The notes below the pieces were generated by a model that had not been told where the DNA came from, did no database searches, and saw nothing but the letters and a program-made list of their open reading frames with translations. This document shows, in pieces, positions 9,903-17,438 of a stretch of 64,000 nt of DNA. The stretch is taken from contig CAVYRH010000004.1 in NCBI GenBank assembly GCA_963770835.1, positions 576,001 to 640,000 on the forward strand. The letters are read 5' to 3'. The stretch comes from an uncultured Pseudomonadota bacterium. Lineage in GTDB: Bacteria > Oederibacteriota > Muellerivitia > Muellerivitales > Muellerivitaceae. Position 1 is the first letter of the stretch. Every line of letters begins with the position of its first letter. Made by a program: the position numbers and the translations under genes.

Positions 9903-10157
9903 ATGCATTACCATGATCTCGTTTATATTTTACTGGTGGGTTTGGCCGCGGGGTTTTTGGCCGGAAAAATCATGAAGGGAAAGGGCTTCGGCCTGGTGGG
10001 CGACCTGGTGGTTGGCGTGTTGGGGGCCATTGTGGGTTCCTGGATATTTGGGGCATTGGGAATAGAGACCTATGGCCTCCTAGGATCCATTGTGGTCGCG
10101 TTGATCGGCGCGCTGCTTTTGCTTTACATCCTGCGGCTGGTTAAAAAGCGTAAATAG
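9903..10157 (+). CDS. GlsB/YeaQ/YmgE membrane protein
   Basis: GLAAGFLAGKIMKGKGFGLVGDLVVGVLGA; GGAGG RBS. Confidence 0.9.
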   Translation: MHYHDLVYILLVGLAAGFLAGKIMKGKGFGLVGDLVVGVLGAIVGSWIFGALGIETYGLLGSIVVALIGALLLLYILRLVKKRK

Positions 10158-10329
10158 CCGGATTGTTTCCAGGAGAACCTTGGACTCCGGTCCTGACGGA
10201 AGCAAAAAAAAATTCACCGACGTGACCAAGTTGACCATCTCCCAAGCCTATTAATGGCGGCCAAGAATTGGTAGCGTGTTTTGGTTACGCAATGTCATCA
10301 GGACCGGCGGCGGTCCATTTGACCAAATT

Positions 10330-10527
10330 TTAGGATGAGGTACTTCCCAAATGGCGGGGAAGGGCAACCAAGGTTGATTCATCCCAAATCTCGAAAGTTT
10401 TATTTTTAAGGCGGATGAGGAAACCCGAAAACGACCCGTCAGCCCCTTTAAGGAGCCCGGAAGCGATGGTTCCCACCTTGTTGGTTTTGTAATTCCCGAC
10501 ATTTTGTTTCATTTTTAATTGACTCAT
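10330..10527 (-). CDS. Small hypothetical protein
   Basis: 65 aa ORF with AGGGG RBS, downstream of 10607-10786. Confidence 0.4.
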   Translation of the reverse strand: MSQLKMKQNVGNYKTNKVGTIASGLLKGADGSFSGFLIRLKNKTFEIWDESTLVALPRHLGSTSS

Positions 10528-10606
10528 AAAATCCCCTTTTTCACCAAGTTACCGCAATTAGCAAGCCGTTGTTATGTTGATAACGGTTGGTATACGCCAA
10601 TCTCTC

Positions 10607-10786
10607 TTAATGTACTTCAATCCTGGGCAAGTGAACATGGTAGTCACGGCTCCTGTCCTGAAAATACCCGACGGCGATGAGGGCGACAACCGCGATCACC
10701 ATTCCCACCAGGATGTAATAACCGTTCGTTCCGCCCCTTTGGCTGTTGCTTCCGCCTTGGCGGGTCCGTATGCCGATGATTTTCAT
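10607..10786 (-). CDS. Small single-pass membrane protein
   Basis: GAGG RBS, one hydrophobic helix (YILVGMVIAVVALIAVGYF), own sigma54 promoter. Confidence 0.6.
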   Translation of the reverse strand: MKIIGIRTRQGGSNSQRGGTNGYYILVGMVIAVVALIAVGYFQDRSRDYHVHLPRIEVH

Positions 10787-10837
10787 TGTTTCCTCTTCCG
10801 TTGAAAATTTTTCCTGCAATCGTCTTTGATCATAGAA

Positions 10838-10853
10838 AGCAAGAAACAAGCCG
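10838..10853 (-). promoter_or_regulatory. Sigma54 promoter
   Basis: Minus strand cGGCTTGTTTCTTGCt, nearly identical to 8981-8996. Confidence 0.65.
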
Positions 10854-10918
10854 TGTCCTTTTGGGCTATTAATCACGCTTTATCACTCTCCTTTGAGTAC
10901 GCGGGTCCGCGAAAAGGA

Positions 10919-10950
10919 ATCAAAATGAGGGAAAAGACCATCGTTTTGAT
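10919..10950. promoter_or_regulatory. Paired enhancer (UAS) 2
   Basis: ATCAAAATGA-N12-TCGTTTTGAT. Confidence 0.75.
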
Positions 10951-11058
10951 CGGCTATTCGTTCATTGGAACCCGAAGATAATTTTCCCGGACAACATGAA
11001 AGCGGTTCATTCCGGGACTGGTGGAGGATTCGGCAAAGGATCTCGCCTTTACTCCGCG

Positions 11059-11074
11059 CGGAACGGAACTTGCT
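11059..11074 (+). promoter_or_regulatory. Sigma54 promoter
   Basis: cGGAACGGAACTTGCt. Confidence 0.75.
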
Positions 11075-11138
11075 CTAACCCCTCTCCTGGATTTCATCGC
11101 AGCTGTGGGATTCAAAAAAATTCTGAGGAGACGCAAAA

Positions 11139-11942
11139 GTGAAAAAGTTTTTTAGTTTAAGCATCATGGCTTTTCTTCCGGCCGCTTTTATCGCAACGGC
11201 TATTATTGGATGTAACGCCAAAAGTTCGGATCCATCGAGTCCAAGCGGCCCCGGGCCGACCGCAACCGTAACTTCAACCCCGGCGTCCTATACGACGCCC
11301 CAAGCGACCCCCATGGCGATGGTCGTCCTTAATTCAGCCGCGAATTACGTGGTCTTATCCGCCACGGGGATCACCAACAGCGGGCCCAGCACGACCTGCG
11401 GCGGTTATGGGGTCTATCCGGATGGATTGACCTCCGTGACGGGGTCGCCCGCCATCGTGGAGAGTTGCGGGGGAGCCATCGATGTAGGGGATGCCGCCGC
11501 GGACACCGCCCAAGGAGACTTGGGTACGGCCTACACCGATGCCATGGGACGCACCGGAGGGGCCCTATTGCCGCCCGGCGCCGATATCGGGGGCCAAACC
11601 CTTTATCCCGGCCTCTATGTTGAAACAGGCAACCTCAATATAGCCTCGGCTGACCTTACCCTGAACGCCCAGGGAAACTCGAGCGCCGTCTTTATTTTCC
11701 AGGTTAACGGCAACCTGGTCGTAGGACCCGGCCGGCAAGTTATCCTGTCCGGCGGCGCGAAGGCCTCCAACCTATTTTGGGCGGTGACCGGTTACGCAGC
11801 CCTTAATACGACGGTGGCTTTCCAGGGAAGCATCATGGCTCATACGGCGGTTACCTTTAACACGGGCGCCAGGTTGACGGGAAGGGCTTTGGCGGAGACG
11901 GCGGATGTGACGTTGCTGACCAATACCATCACCCACCCCTAA
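11139..11942 (+). CDS. DUF3494 ice-binding-family lipoprotein
   Basis: Lipobox IIGC, Ser/Thr/Pro linker, AYTDAMGR, GQTLYPGLY, VFIFQV, ASNLFWAV and GRALA motifs. Confidence 0.88.
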   Translation: MKKFFSLSIMAFLPAAFIATAIIGCNAKSSDPSSPSGPGPTATVTSTPASYTTPQATPMAMVVLNSAANYVVLSATGITNSGPSTTCGGYGVYPDGLTSVTGSPAIVESCGGAIDVGDAAADTAQGDLGTAYTDAMGRTGGALLPPGADIGGQTLYPGLYVETGNLNIASADLTLNAQGNSSAVFIFQVNGNLVVGPGRQVILSGGAKASNLFWAVTGYAALNTTVAFQGSIMAHTAVTFNTGARLTGRALAETADVTLLTNTITHP

Positions 11943-11966
11943 GGGATGGGATTTAAGGATCGAAGG

Positions 11967-12003
11967 AAACACAGGCCGGGACAAGTTCCCGGCCTGTGTT
12001 TTT
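11967..12003 (+). terminator. Rho-independent terminator
   Basis: aaacacaggccggga-caagt-tcccggcctgtgttttt. Confidence 0.85.
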
Positions 12004-12024
12004 ATTTCGGCTTAAATTTAAACC

Positions 12025-12233
12025 GAACTGTAGCTTTGACAAAGCAATCCCAAAAAAACCAAAGGCTATTTAGCCACAGATGAATGGGATTAACTCAGAT
12101 GGCAAAAACCAATCATCAATTGGTTTAAATTTAAATGAATTCCCGGGTTTTTAAGATTTGATTTTCCCAAATCCATCCCCTTTATCCCATTTATCTGTGG
12201 CAAAAATGATTTGCTTTGGGAAGTGCATAGTTC
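12025..12233. repeat. Palindromic MITE-like element (related copy at 15781-15911)
   Basis: Imperfect terminal inverted repeats gaactgt..caaagcaa / ttgctttg..atagttc around a gccacagat...atctgtggc hairpin. Confidence 0.6.
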
Positions 12234-12252
12234 CACGTCCGTTCAGAAAAGA

Positions 12253-12284
12253 ATCAAAACGTTAGTTGGAAAGATCATTTTGAT
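12253..12284. promoter_or_regulatory. Paired enhancer (UAS) 3
   Basis: ATCAAAACGT-N12-TCATTTTGAT. Confidence 0.7.
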
Positions 12285-12389
12285 CGGCCGCCCGCGATCG
12301 AAGCCCATCGAAAATCCCACCCAAGGCCTAATACCGCTGTTTCTTGGGCTCGCAGGGGATTCTGAATAAGGCCCCATCAAAACCCAATA

Positions 12390-12405
12390 GGGTACGGAAC
12401 TTGCC
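12390..12405 (+). promoter_or_regulatory. Sigma54 promoter
   Basis: gGGTACGGAACTTGCc. Confidence 0.75.
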
Positions 12406-12460
12406 CTAACACCTCTCCTGGCGTTTTCGCCTTCCAAAAGATTTGAAGGAAAGAGTGATT

Positions 12461-13297
12461 GTGAAAAAGGTTATGGGTTGTTTATTCGGGTTAACTTTGT
12501 TTACGGCCGCTTTTTTGGCCGGATGCGGCGGCGATAACGCACCTTTGAGTTCAGGAAATACCGGGAAATATGGGGTAGGGACGTCCCCGGATACCGTGAC
12601 CCCCAATACAACCCCCACCACAACCGTAACAGTAACCTTCACCTCAACCCCGGCTTCCTATACGACTCCCCAAACGACCCCTGTGGCCATGGTCAACCTG
12701 GGATCGGCCGCGAATTACGTGGTGTTGTCTAACACCGGAATCACGAACACCGGCGCCACCACGGTTTGCGGAAACCTTGGGACCTTTCCGAGCTCTTCGG
12801 TGGGTGTTGGGATTGTGGTGATCTGCGACGGAACCACGCAAATTGCCACCGGGGCCGCGGGTACGGCGGAAACGGATTTGGGTACGGCCTACACCGACGC
12901 CATGGGACGGACCGGCGGAGCCGTTGTGACCAACGCCGATATCGGGGGCCAAACCCTTTACCCGGGCCTCTACGACGAAACAGGCAATCTCACCGTGTCC
13001 TCGGGGGATGTCCACTTGAACGCCAACGGAAACCCGAACGCCGTCTTTGTTTTCCAGGTTAATGGCGATCTTATGGTAGGAGCCGGCCGGCGGGTTTTCT
13101 TGGATAACGGTGCGCAAGCCGCCAACGTTTTTTGGGCGGTGCAGGGTTATGGCGTCCTGGGGCCGAATGTCCAATTCGCGGGTAATATCCTGGCCTATAC
13201 CTCCGTCTCCATGAATACCGGCGCCCAGTTGGTAGGCCGCGCTTTAGCCATGACCCAAAATGTCACTTTCCTAGCCAATCAAATCACGTTCCCATAA
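12461..13297 (+). CDS. DUF3494 ice-binding-family lipoprotein (paralog 2)
   Basis: Lipobox LAGC, Thr-rich linker, same DUF3494 motifs as 11139-11942. Confidence 0.88.
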   Translation: MKKVMGCLFGLTLFTAAFLAGCGGDNAPLSSGNTGKYGVGTSPDTVTPNTTPTTTVTVTFTSTPASYTTPQTTPVAMVNLGSAANYVVLSNTGITNTGATTVCGNLGTFPSSSVGVGIVVICDGTTQIATGAAGTAETDLGTAYTDAMGRTGGAVVTNADIGGQTLYPGLYDETGNLTVSSGDVHLNANGNPNAVFVFQVNGDLMVGAGRRVFLDNGAQAANVFWAVQGYGVLGPNVQFAGNILAYTSVSMNTGAQLVGRALAMTQNVTFLANQITFP

Positions 13298-13346
13298 GTG
13301 ATGAGTCCCAAAGATTGGCAGAGGGCATTTCGCCATCGATAGATCC

Positions 13347-14048
13347 ATGACTGAAAGCGGGGATTGCATGAAGGGTTGGGGAAAGTACATGAAATTTGGA
13401 ATTTTAGTCTTGTCAGCGGCAGTGGGATTTATGGGCCCGGTTTGTACTTACGGGTCCCCCACCGAACCCAAGAAACAGGCCCTGGATTTCATGGCCGGCA
13501 CACAGGTTTGGATCGAGGGAAATTCCTCGTTGCGTCGCCACTACCTTACCGCCGAGGGGATTTCAGCCAAGAGCGATTTAAGCACCTCGGATTCGGAGAT
13601 GAGAACCCTGTTGTCCTTGATCCTCAACCGCAAGGGCCACCAGCTCGTGGTGGCCCTGCCGGTGAAAAGCTTGAAATCGGGCGACCCCAACATGGACCAA
13701 AACGCCTATGAGAAGCTCAAGGCCAAGGATTTCCCCGACATTGTTTTCACCATGGGCGATTACACCGTGAAGGCCTATCCGGGCAGCCTCACCACCTACG
13801 CCCTGCTGGTATCCGGCAAACTGAGGATCGCGGGCGTGGAAAAGGACGTGGTCTTGGAGCCGACGATGGTCCTGGGAAAGGACGGCATCCGAATTTACGG
13901 CACCCAGGACATCTATCAAAAAGAATACGGAATTTCGCCCTATAGCGTGGCGGTGGTGATGACCACGGATGACAAGGTGGTGGTCCATTACATGATCGCG
14001 CTAGGATTGAAACAAAAGAGAAAAGCCAAAGTTTTCACCGAAAAGTAA
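13347..14048 (+). CDS. Secreted YceI-family protein (start may be 13368 or 13389)
   Basis: EGNSSL, PVKSLKSGDPNMD, FPDIVF and GKLRIAGV. Confidence 0.75.
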   Translation: MTESGDCMKGWGKYMKFGILVLSAAVGFMGPVCTYGSPTEPKKQALDFMAGTQVWIEGNSSLRRHYLTAEGISAKSDLSTSDSEMRTLLSLILNRKGHQLVVALPVKSLKSGDPNMDQNAYEKLKAKDFPDIVFTMGDYTVKAYPGSLTTYALLVSGKLRIAGVEKDVVLEPTMVLGKDGIRIYGTQDIYQKEYGISPYSVAVVMTTDDKVVVHYMIALGLKQKRKAKVFTEK

Positions 14049-14052
14049 GGGA

Positions 14053-14085
14053 ATCAAAATGAGGGTTAAAAAGGATCATTTTGAT
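14053..14085. promoter_or_regulatory. Paired enhancer (UAS) 4
   Basis: ATCAAAATGA-N13-TCATTTTGAT. Confidence 0.75.
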
Positions 14086-14191
14086 CGACTCTTTGTTAAC
14101 AGGGTTCCCTGAAAAATTTCGAGGATGATAAGAAATCGATATTTATCGGGGCCGGTGGACCAACCAGGACAACTATTCCTTAAAAGCAGCA

Positions 14192-14207
14192 GGGTATGGA
14201 ACTTGCC
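14192..14207 (+). promoter_or_regulatory. Sigma54 promoter
   Basis: gGGTATGGAACTTGCc. Confidence 0.7.
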
Positions 14208-14260
14208 TTAACAAGTGGCAAGTAGGCAGAAAAATTAGAATCAAGGTGAAAGAGGTAAAC

Positions 14261-14773
14261 ATGTTTTCGGAATTCAGAAAAGGGATTTTGATGGGTTTGA
14301 TATTAGCTGGAATGTTTCTTTTGCCCGTCCTCGCGAAAGCGGACTCGGATTATCATCCGACCAATGACGGCGGAAATTTTGGCTTGGGGCTGGAATTCGG
14401 CGAGCCGGGATCATGGGGCGTGGCCGGAAAAATATGGGTGGACCGGGAAAACGCCTTTGCGCCCGCGTTGAAGTTCGATGACGGGGGAACGGCGATCCTG
14501 CAGCTGGATTATTTGTGGCATAACTTCGACATCATCCATATGAGGGACACCGACGGCGAAATGCCGCTTTACATCGGTTTGGGCGGCAACTTAGTGCTTC
14601 AAAACACGGTGGAATTCGCTGGCCGGATACCTGTTGGTATCTCCTATATCTTCGACAAGAGGAATGTCCCGGTGGACATCTATTTGCAGGCGGTCCCGAC
14701 CCTTTGGTTCCCGACCGGCGGCGAAACCACCTTCGACGTATATGGCGAAGTGGGCGCGCACTACTACTTTTAA
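14261..14773 (+). CDS. Small outer-membrane beta-barrel protein (DUF3996-like)
   Basis: Signal peptide, FGLGLEFGEP, amphipathic strands, C-terminal HYYF. Confidence 0.7.
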   Translation: MFSEFRKGILMGLILAGMFLLPVLAKADSDYHPTNDGGNFGLGLEFGEPGSWGVAGKIWVDRENAFAPALKFDDGGTAILQLDYLWHNFDIIHMRDTDGEMPLYIGLGGNLVLQNTVEFAGRIPVGISYIFDKRNVPVDIYLQAVPTLWFPTGGETTFDVYGEVGAHYYF

Positions 14774-14798
14774 TTGAGTAAAAGAAAGGATTTTCAAA

Positions 14799-14945
14799 AT
14801 GTTATACACGATCGCGGCGGTTCTGCTGATTCTCTGGCTTTTGGGTTTGGTGGGTTCCTACACGATGGGCGGCTTCATTCACGCTTTTTTGGTGGTGGCC
14901 CTCATCGTTTTAGCCGTCGGTTTCCTACAGGGCCGAAGGGCTTGA
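14799..14945 (+). CDS. lmo0937-family small membrane protein (absent from ORF track)
   Basis: MLYTIAAVLLILWLLGLVGSYTMGGFIHAFLVVALIVLAVGFLQGRRA; AAGGA RBS. Confidence 0.85.
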   Translation: MLYTIAAVLLILWLLGLVGSYTMGGFIHAFLVVALIVLAVGFLQGRRA

Positions 14946-14973
14946 TTTCCTTGCGCGTAAGGAAGGCCATGGC

Positions 14974-15327
14974 ATGCAAAGACTTTTGGTTTTTAGCCTG
15001 ACCCTGGCCCTCGCGGGTTGCGGCACTTTAGGCATCAAGGATTCAAACCTGAAATTAAGGGTCGAACCCGATCCGGCGGTGAGGGGCAAAAAGGCTTTGT
15101 TCGTCCTCAACGCGCCCATGGATGCCGATAAAGTCATGGGAGTCCTCGAGATTTTCACCAGCCCGTCGTTTCAATTCGAAAAAGACCTAAAAAAGAAATA
15201 TTGGTTCATTTCCAACAAAATCCCCGAAACGGCCCTCGTGCCGCCGGGGATTTATTCGGTCCGGTTGTTTTATTCCTACAAAAATCACCCACCTCACTAC
15301 ATGAGGATGAAACTGCAACTGAAGTAA
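14974..15327 (+). CDS. Hypothetical lipoprotein
   Basis: Lipobox LAGC after a hydrophobic leader. Confidence 0.6.
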   Translation: MQRLLVFSLTLALAGCGTLGIKDSNLKLRVEPDPAVRGKKALFVLNAPMDADKVMGVLEIFTSPSFQFEKDLKKKYWFISNKIPETALVPPGIYSVRLFYSYKNHPPHYMRMKLQLK

Positions 15328-15347
15328 AGGTCTAGGGGGAAGGGTTC

Positions 15348-15821
15348 ATGAACCTCAAAAAGCCGGTTGGGCCGCGAACCGGCGCCAATTTTCACTTTAA
15401 TGCCGGCGCCCCTCCCCGCAAACCCGCGGCAAATGGCTTTCCGGGGATGAACCGGGAACCATTCGGGCCGAGGGCCCCGGCGGGGCGGGAAAGGGTGCCG
15501 CGATCGGTCCGGGAATTTTTAAGGGCCAGCCAAAACCGCCGCTGTAACGCCGCCTTGCGGCATCTTTTGCGCGCCTGGCCGGTTTATTCCAGCTTGAGCC
15601 TCGAATATGAGGAGTTGTTGGATTCGCTGAGGATGGCGCGGACCAGGCTGCGGTTGAAACCGGGGCGCCGGAAGCAGGACCCGGGCGATTTGAAAACCTT
15701 ATGTTCCATGATCGCGTGGACGGAAGAAAGGCTGGATTTGGCCCGGCTGATTTGTCCCCCCGGCGTCCGGCCGGGAAACGGCAATCTACAAAAAGCTAAA
15801 GGCTATTTAGCCGCAGACTGA
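15348..15821 (+). CDS. Hypothetical protein
   Basis: 157 aa ORF with purine-rich RBS; 3' end runs into a repeat element. Confidence 0.4.
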   Translation: MNLKKPVGPRTGANFHFNAGAPPRKPAANGFPGMNREPFGPRAPAGRERVPRSVREFLRASQNRRCNAALRHLLRAWPVYSSLSLEYEELLDSLRMARTRLRLKPGRRKQDPGDLKTLCSMIAWTEERLDLARLICPPGVRPGNGNLQKAKGYLAAD

Positions 15822-15911
15822 CGCCGATCGACGCAGAAAAGTTGGACACTATGGGCGTATTTCGGCGACCACGGCGGTTTCAATGATTTGCTTTGCGAAA
15901 CGCTTAGTTCC
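15781..15911. repeat. Truncated copy of the 12025-12233 element
   Basis: Shares gcaatc..aaaggctatttagccNcaga and aatgatttgctttgNgaa..tagttcc. Confidence 0.6.
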
Positions 15912-16043
15912 GAAAAGGTTTGAAAGATTGGAATGCCCACCGGCCAAAACAGAAAAAGCGGCAAATCATAAAGATCCCTTTTAAACCCTGCTATCTTGCG
16001 CGAGAATTCATGCTTTAAAACACCTCCCGGCAGGAACAGCCCG

Positions 16044-17282
16044 ATGCCCAACCATCCTTCGAACCTCCATCCCCATTCACCCGCAACTTTTGACCTCAAA
16101 ACCTTTGCCGTGGGCCTGACCGGGTTTTGCGCCTTTCTTTCCCTTTACGCCACTCAACCCCTTTTGCCCCTGTTGGAAGCGACCTTCCAGGCCTCCAAGT
16201 TGGCCGTGAGCCTTACGGTTTCCGCCGCCACCCTAGCCGTGGCCCTTGCCGCGCCCTGGGTAGGGATCATCGCCGACCAGCGGGGCCGTAAAAGAGTCAT
16301 CATCCCTTCCCTTTGTTTATTGGGTTTGGCGAACCTTCTGACCGCCACGGCAACAACCCTTCCAGCCTTGGTGGCCTGGCGGTTCGTGCAGGGGCTTCTT
16401 ACCCCGGCTGTCTTCGCGGTGACGGTGGCCTATGTGAACGAGGAATGGCCGAAGCACCAAGTGGGGTTCGCCACCTCGGTTTACGTTTCCGGAACAGTGG
16501 TGGGAGGTTTCACGGGGAGGTACCTTTCCGGTTTGGTGGCCGCTCAATGGGGCTGGCGTTGGGTTTTCGTGGCGCTGGGGGCGCTGGTTCTTTTCCTCGC
16601 CTGGGGGATTTCCGCGTGGCTGCCCCTGGCCAAGCAATTCAAGAAAGTCGAGAGTTATCGTACTGGCCTCCGCCACTTGCTGGAACACTGGGGAAACCCC
16701 GCTCTCCAAGCCGTCAATGCCGTGGGGTTCGTCGTGCTTTTTTCGCTGGTAGGGACCTTCACTTACATCACCTTTTACCTCGCGGCGCCTCCCTTCGGCC
16801 TGGGAACCTCCGCGCTGGGTTCCATCTTTTTCGTCTACCTCATCGGGGCGGTCATCACGCCCTGGGCAGGAAGGCACGTGGACCGGCGCGACGGCAAATC
16901 GGTAATGGCCATCGCCCTTTTGGCTTCCGCCGCGGGAGTGGGGCTGACCCTGATCCCCCACTTGGTTTGGGTGATCCTGGGCATCAGCCTTTGCTGCTCC
17001 GGTGTCTTCGTCTGCCAGACGGTCGCCAACAAGATGGTGGGGGCGACGGCGGGAAAATCGCGGGCCTCGGCGGTGGGGCTCTATGTGACCTTTTATTACT
17101 TGGGAGGGTTCGTGGGGTCGGTGGCTCCGGGCCTGCTTTGGAACTGGGGCGGGTGGCCGGCCTGCGTGGCGTTGATCACGGGCGTGCAGCTTTTGACGGT
17201 GGGGCTCATCCTCGGGATTTGGCGGAAAAAACAAGAAATCACCCGGAAGGCCCCGGAACAAGACCTGGGTGTACCGGCTTAA
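16044..17282 (+). CDS. MFS transporter (YnfM-like)
   Basis: LYATQPLLP, motif A GIIADQRGRKR, about 12 TM helices. Confidence 0.9.
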   Translation: MPNHPSNLHPHSPATFDLKTFAVGLTGFCAFLSLYATQPLLPLLEATFQASKLAVSLTVSAATLAVALAAPWVGIIADQRGRKRVIIPSLCLLGLANLLTATATTLPALVAWRFVQGLLTPAVFAVTVAYVNEEWPKHQVGFATSVYVSGTVVGGFTGRYLSGLVAAQWGWRWVFVALGALVLFLAWGISAWLPLAKQFKKVESYRTGLRHLLEHWGNPALQAVNAVGFVVLFSLVGTFTYITFYLAAPPFGLGTSALGSIFFVYLIGAVITPWAGRHVDRRDGKSVMAIALLASAAGVGLTLIPHLVWVILGISLCCSGVFVCQTVANKMVGATAGKSRASAVGLYVTFYYLGGFVGSVAPGLLWNWGGWPACVALITGVQLLTVGLILGIWRKKQEITRKAPEQDLGVPA

Positions 17283-17293
17283 GAACCCCTTAG

Positions 17294-17432
17294 CAGGATG
17301 ATGAAAAAGTCCAAATGGCGGACTTTTTCGTATCTATGTCGCGAATCACCCTTGAAAAACAAAGGGTCAAAAGCGATTCGCTCCTAGCCCGTGGCTGTAG
17401 ACAGGGTGGAGAGGCATTTTTTCAGCACCCTG
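17294..17432 (+). mobile_element. 139-bp structured MITE, copy 1, flanked by TTAG on both sides
   Basis: Terminal inverted repeats CAGGATGATGAAAAA / TTTTTCAGCACCCTG; homologs at 46305, 56113 and 57170. Confidence 0.8.
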
Positions 17433-17438
17433 TTAGGA

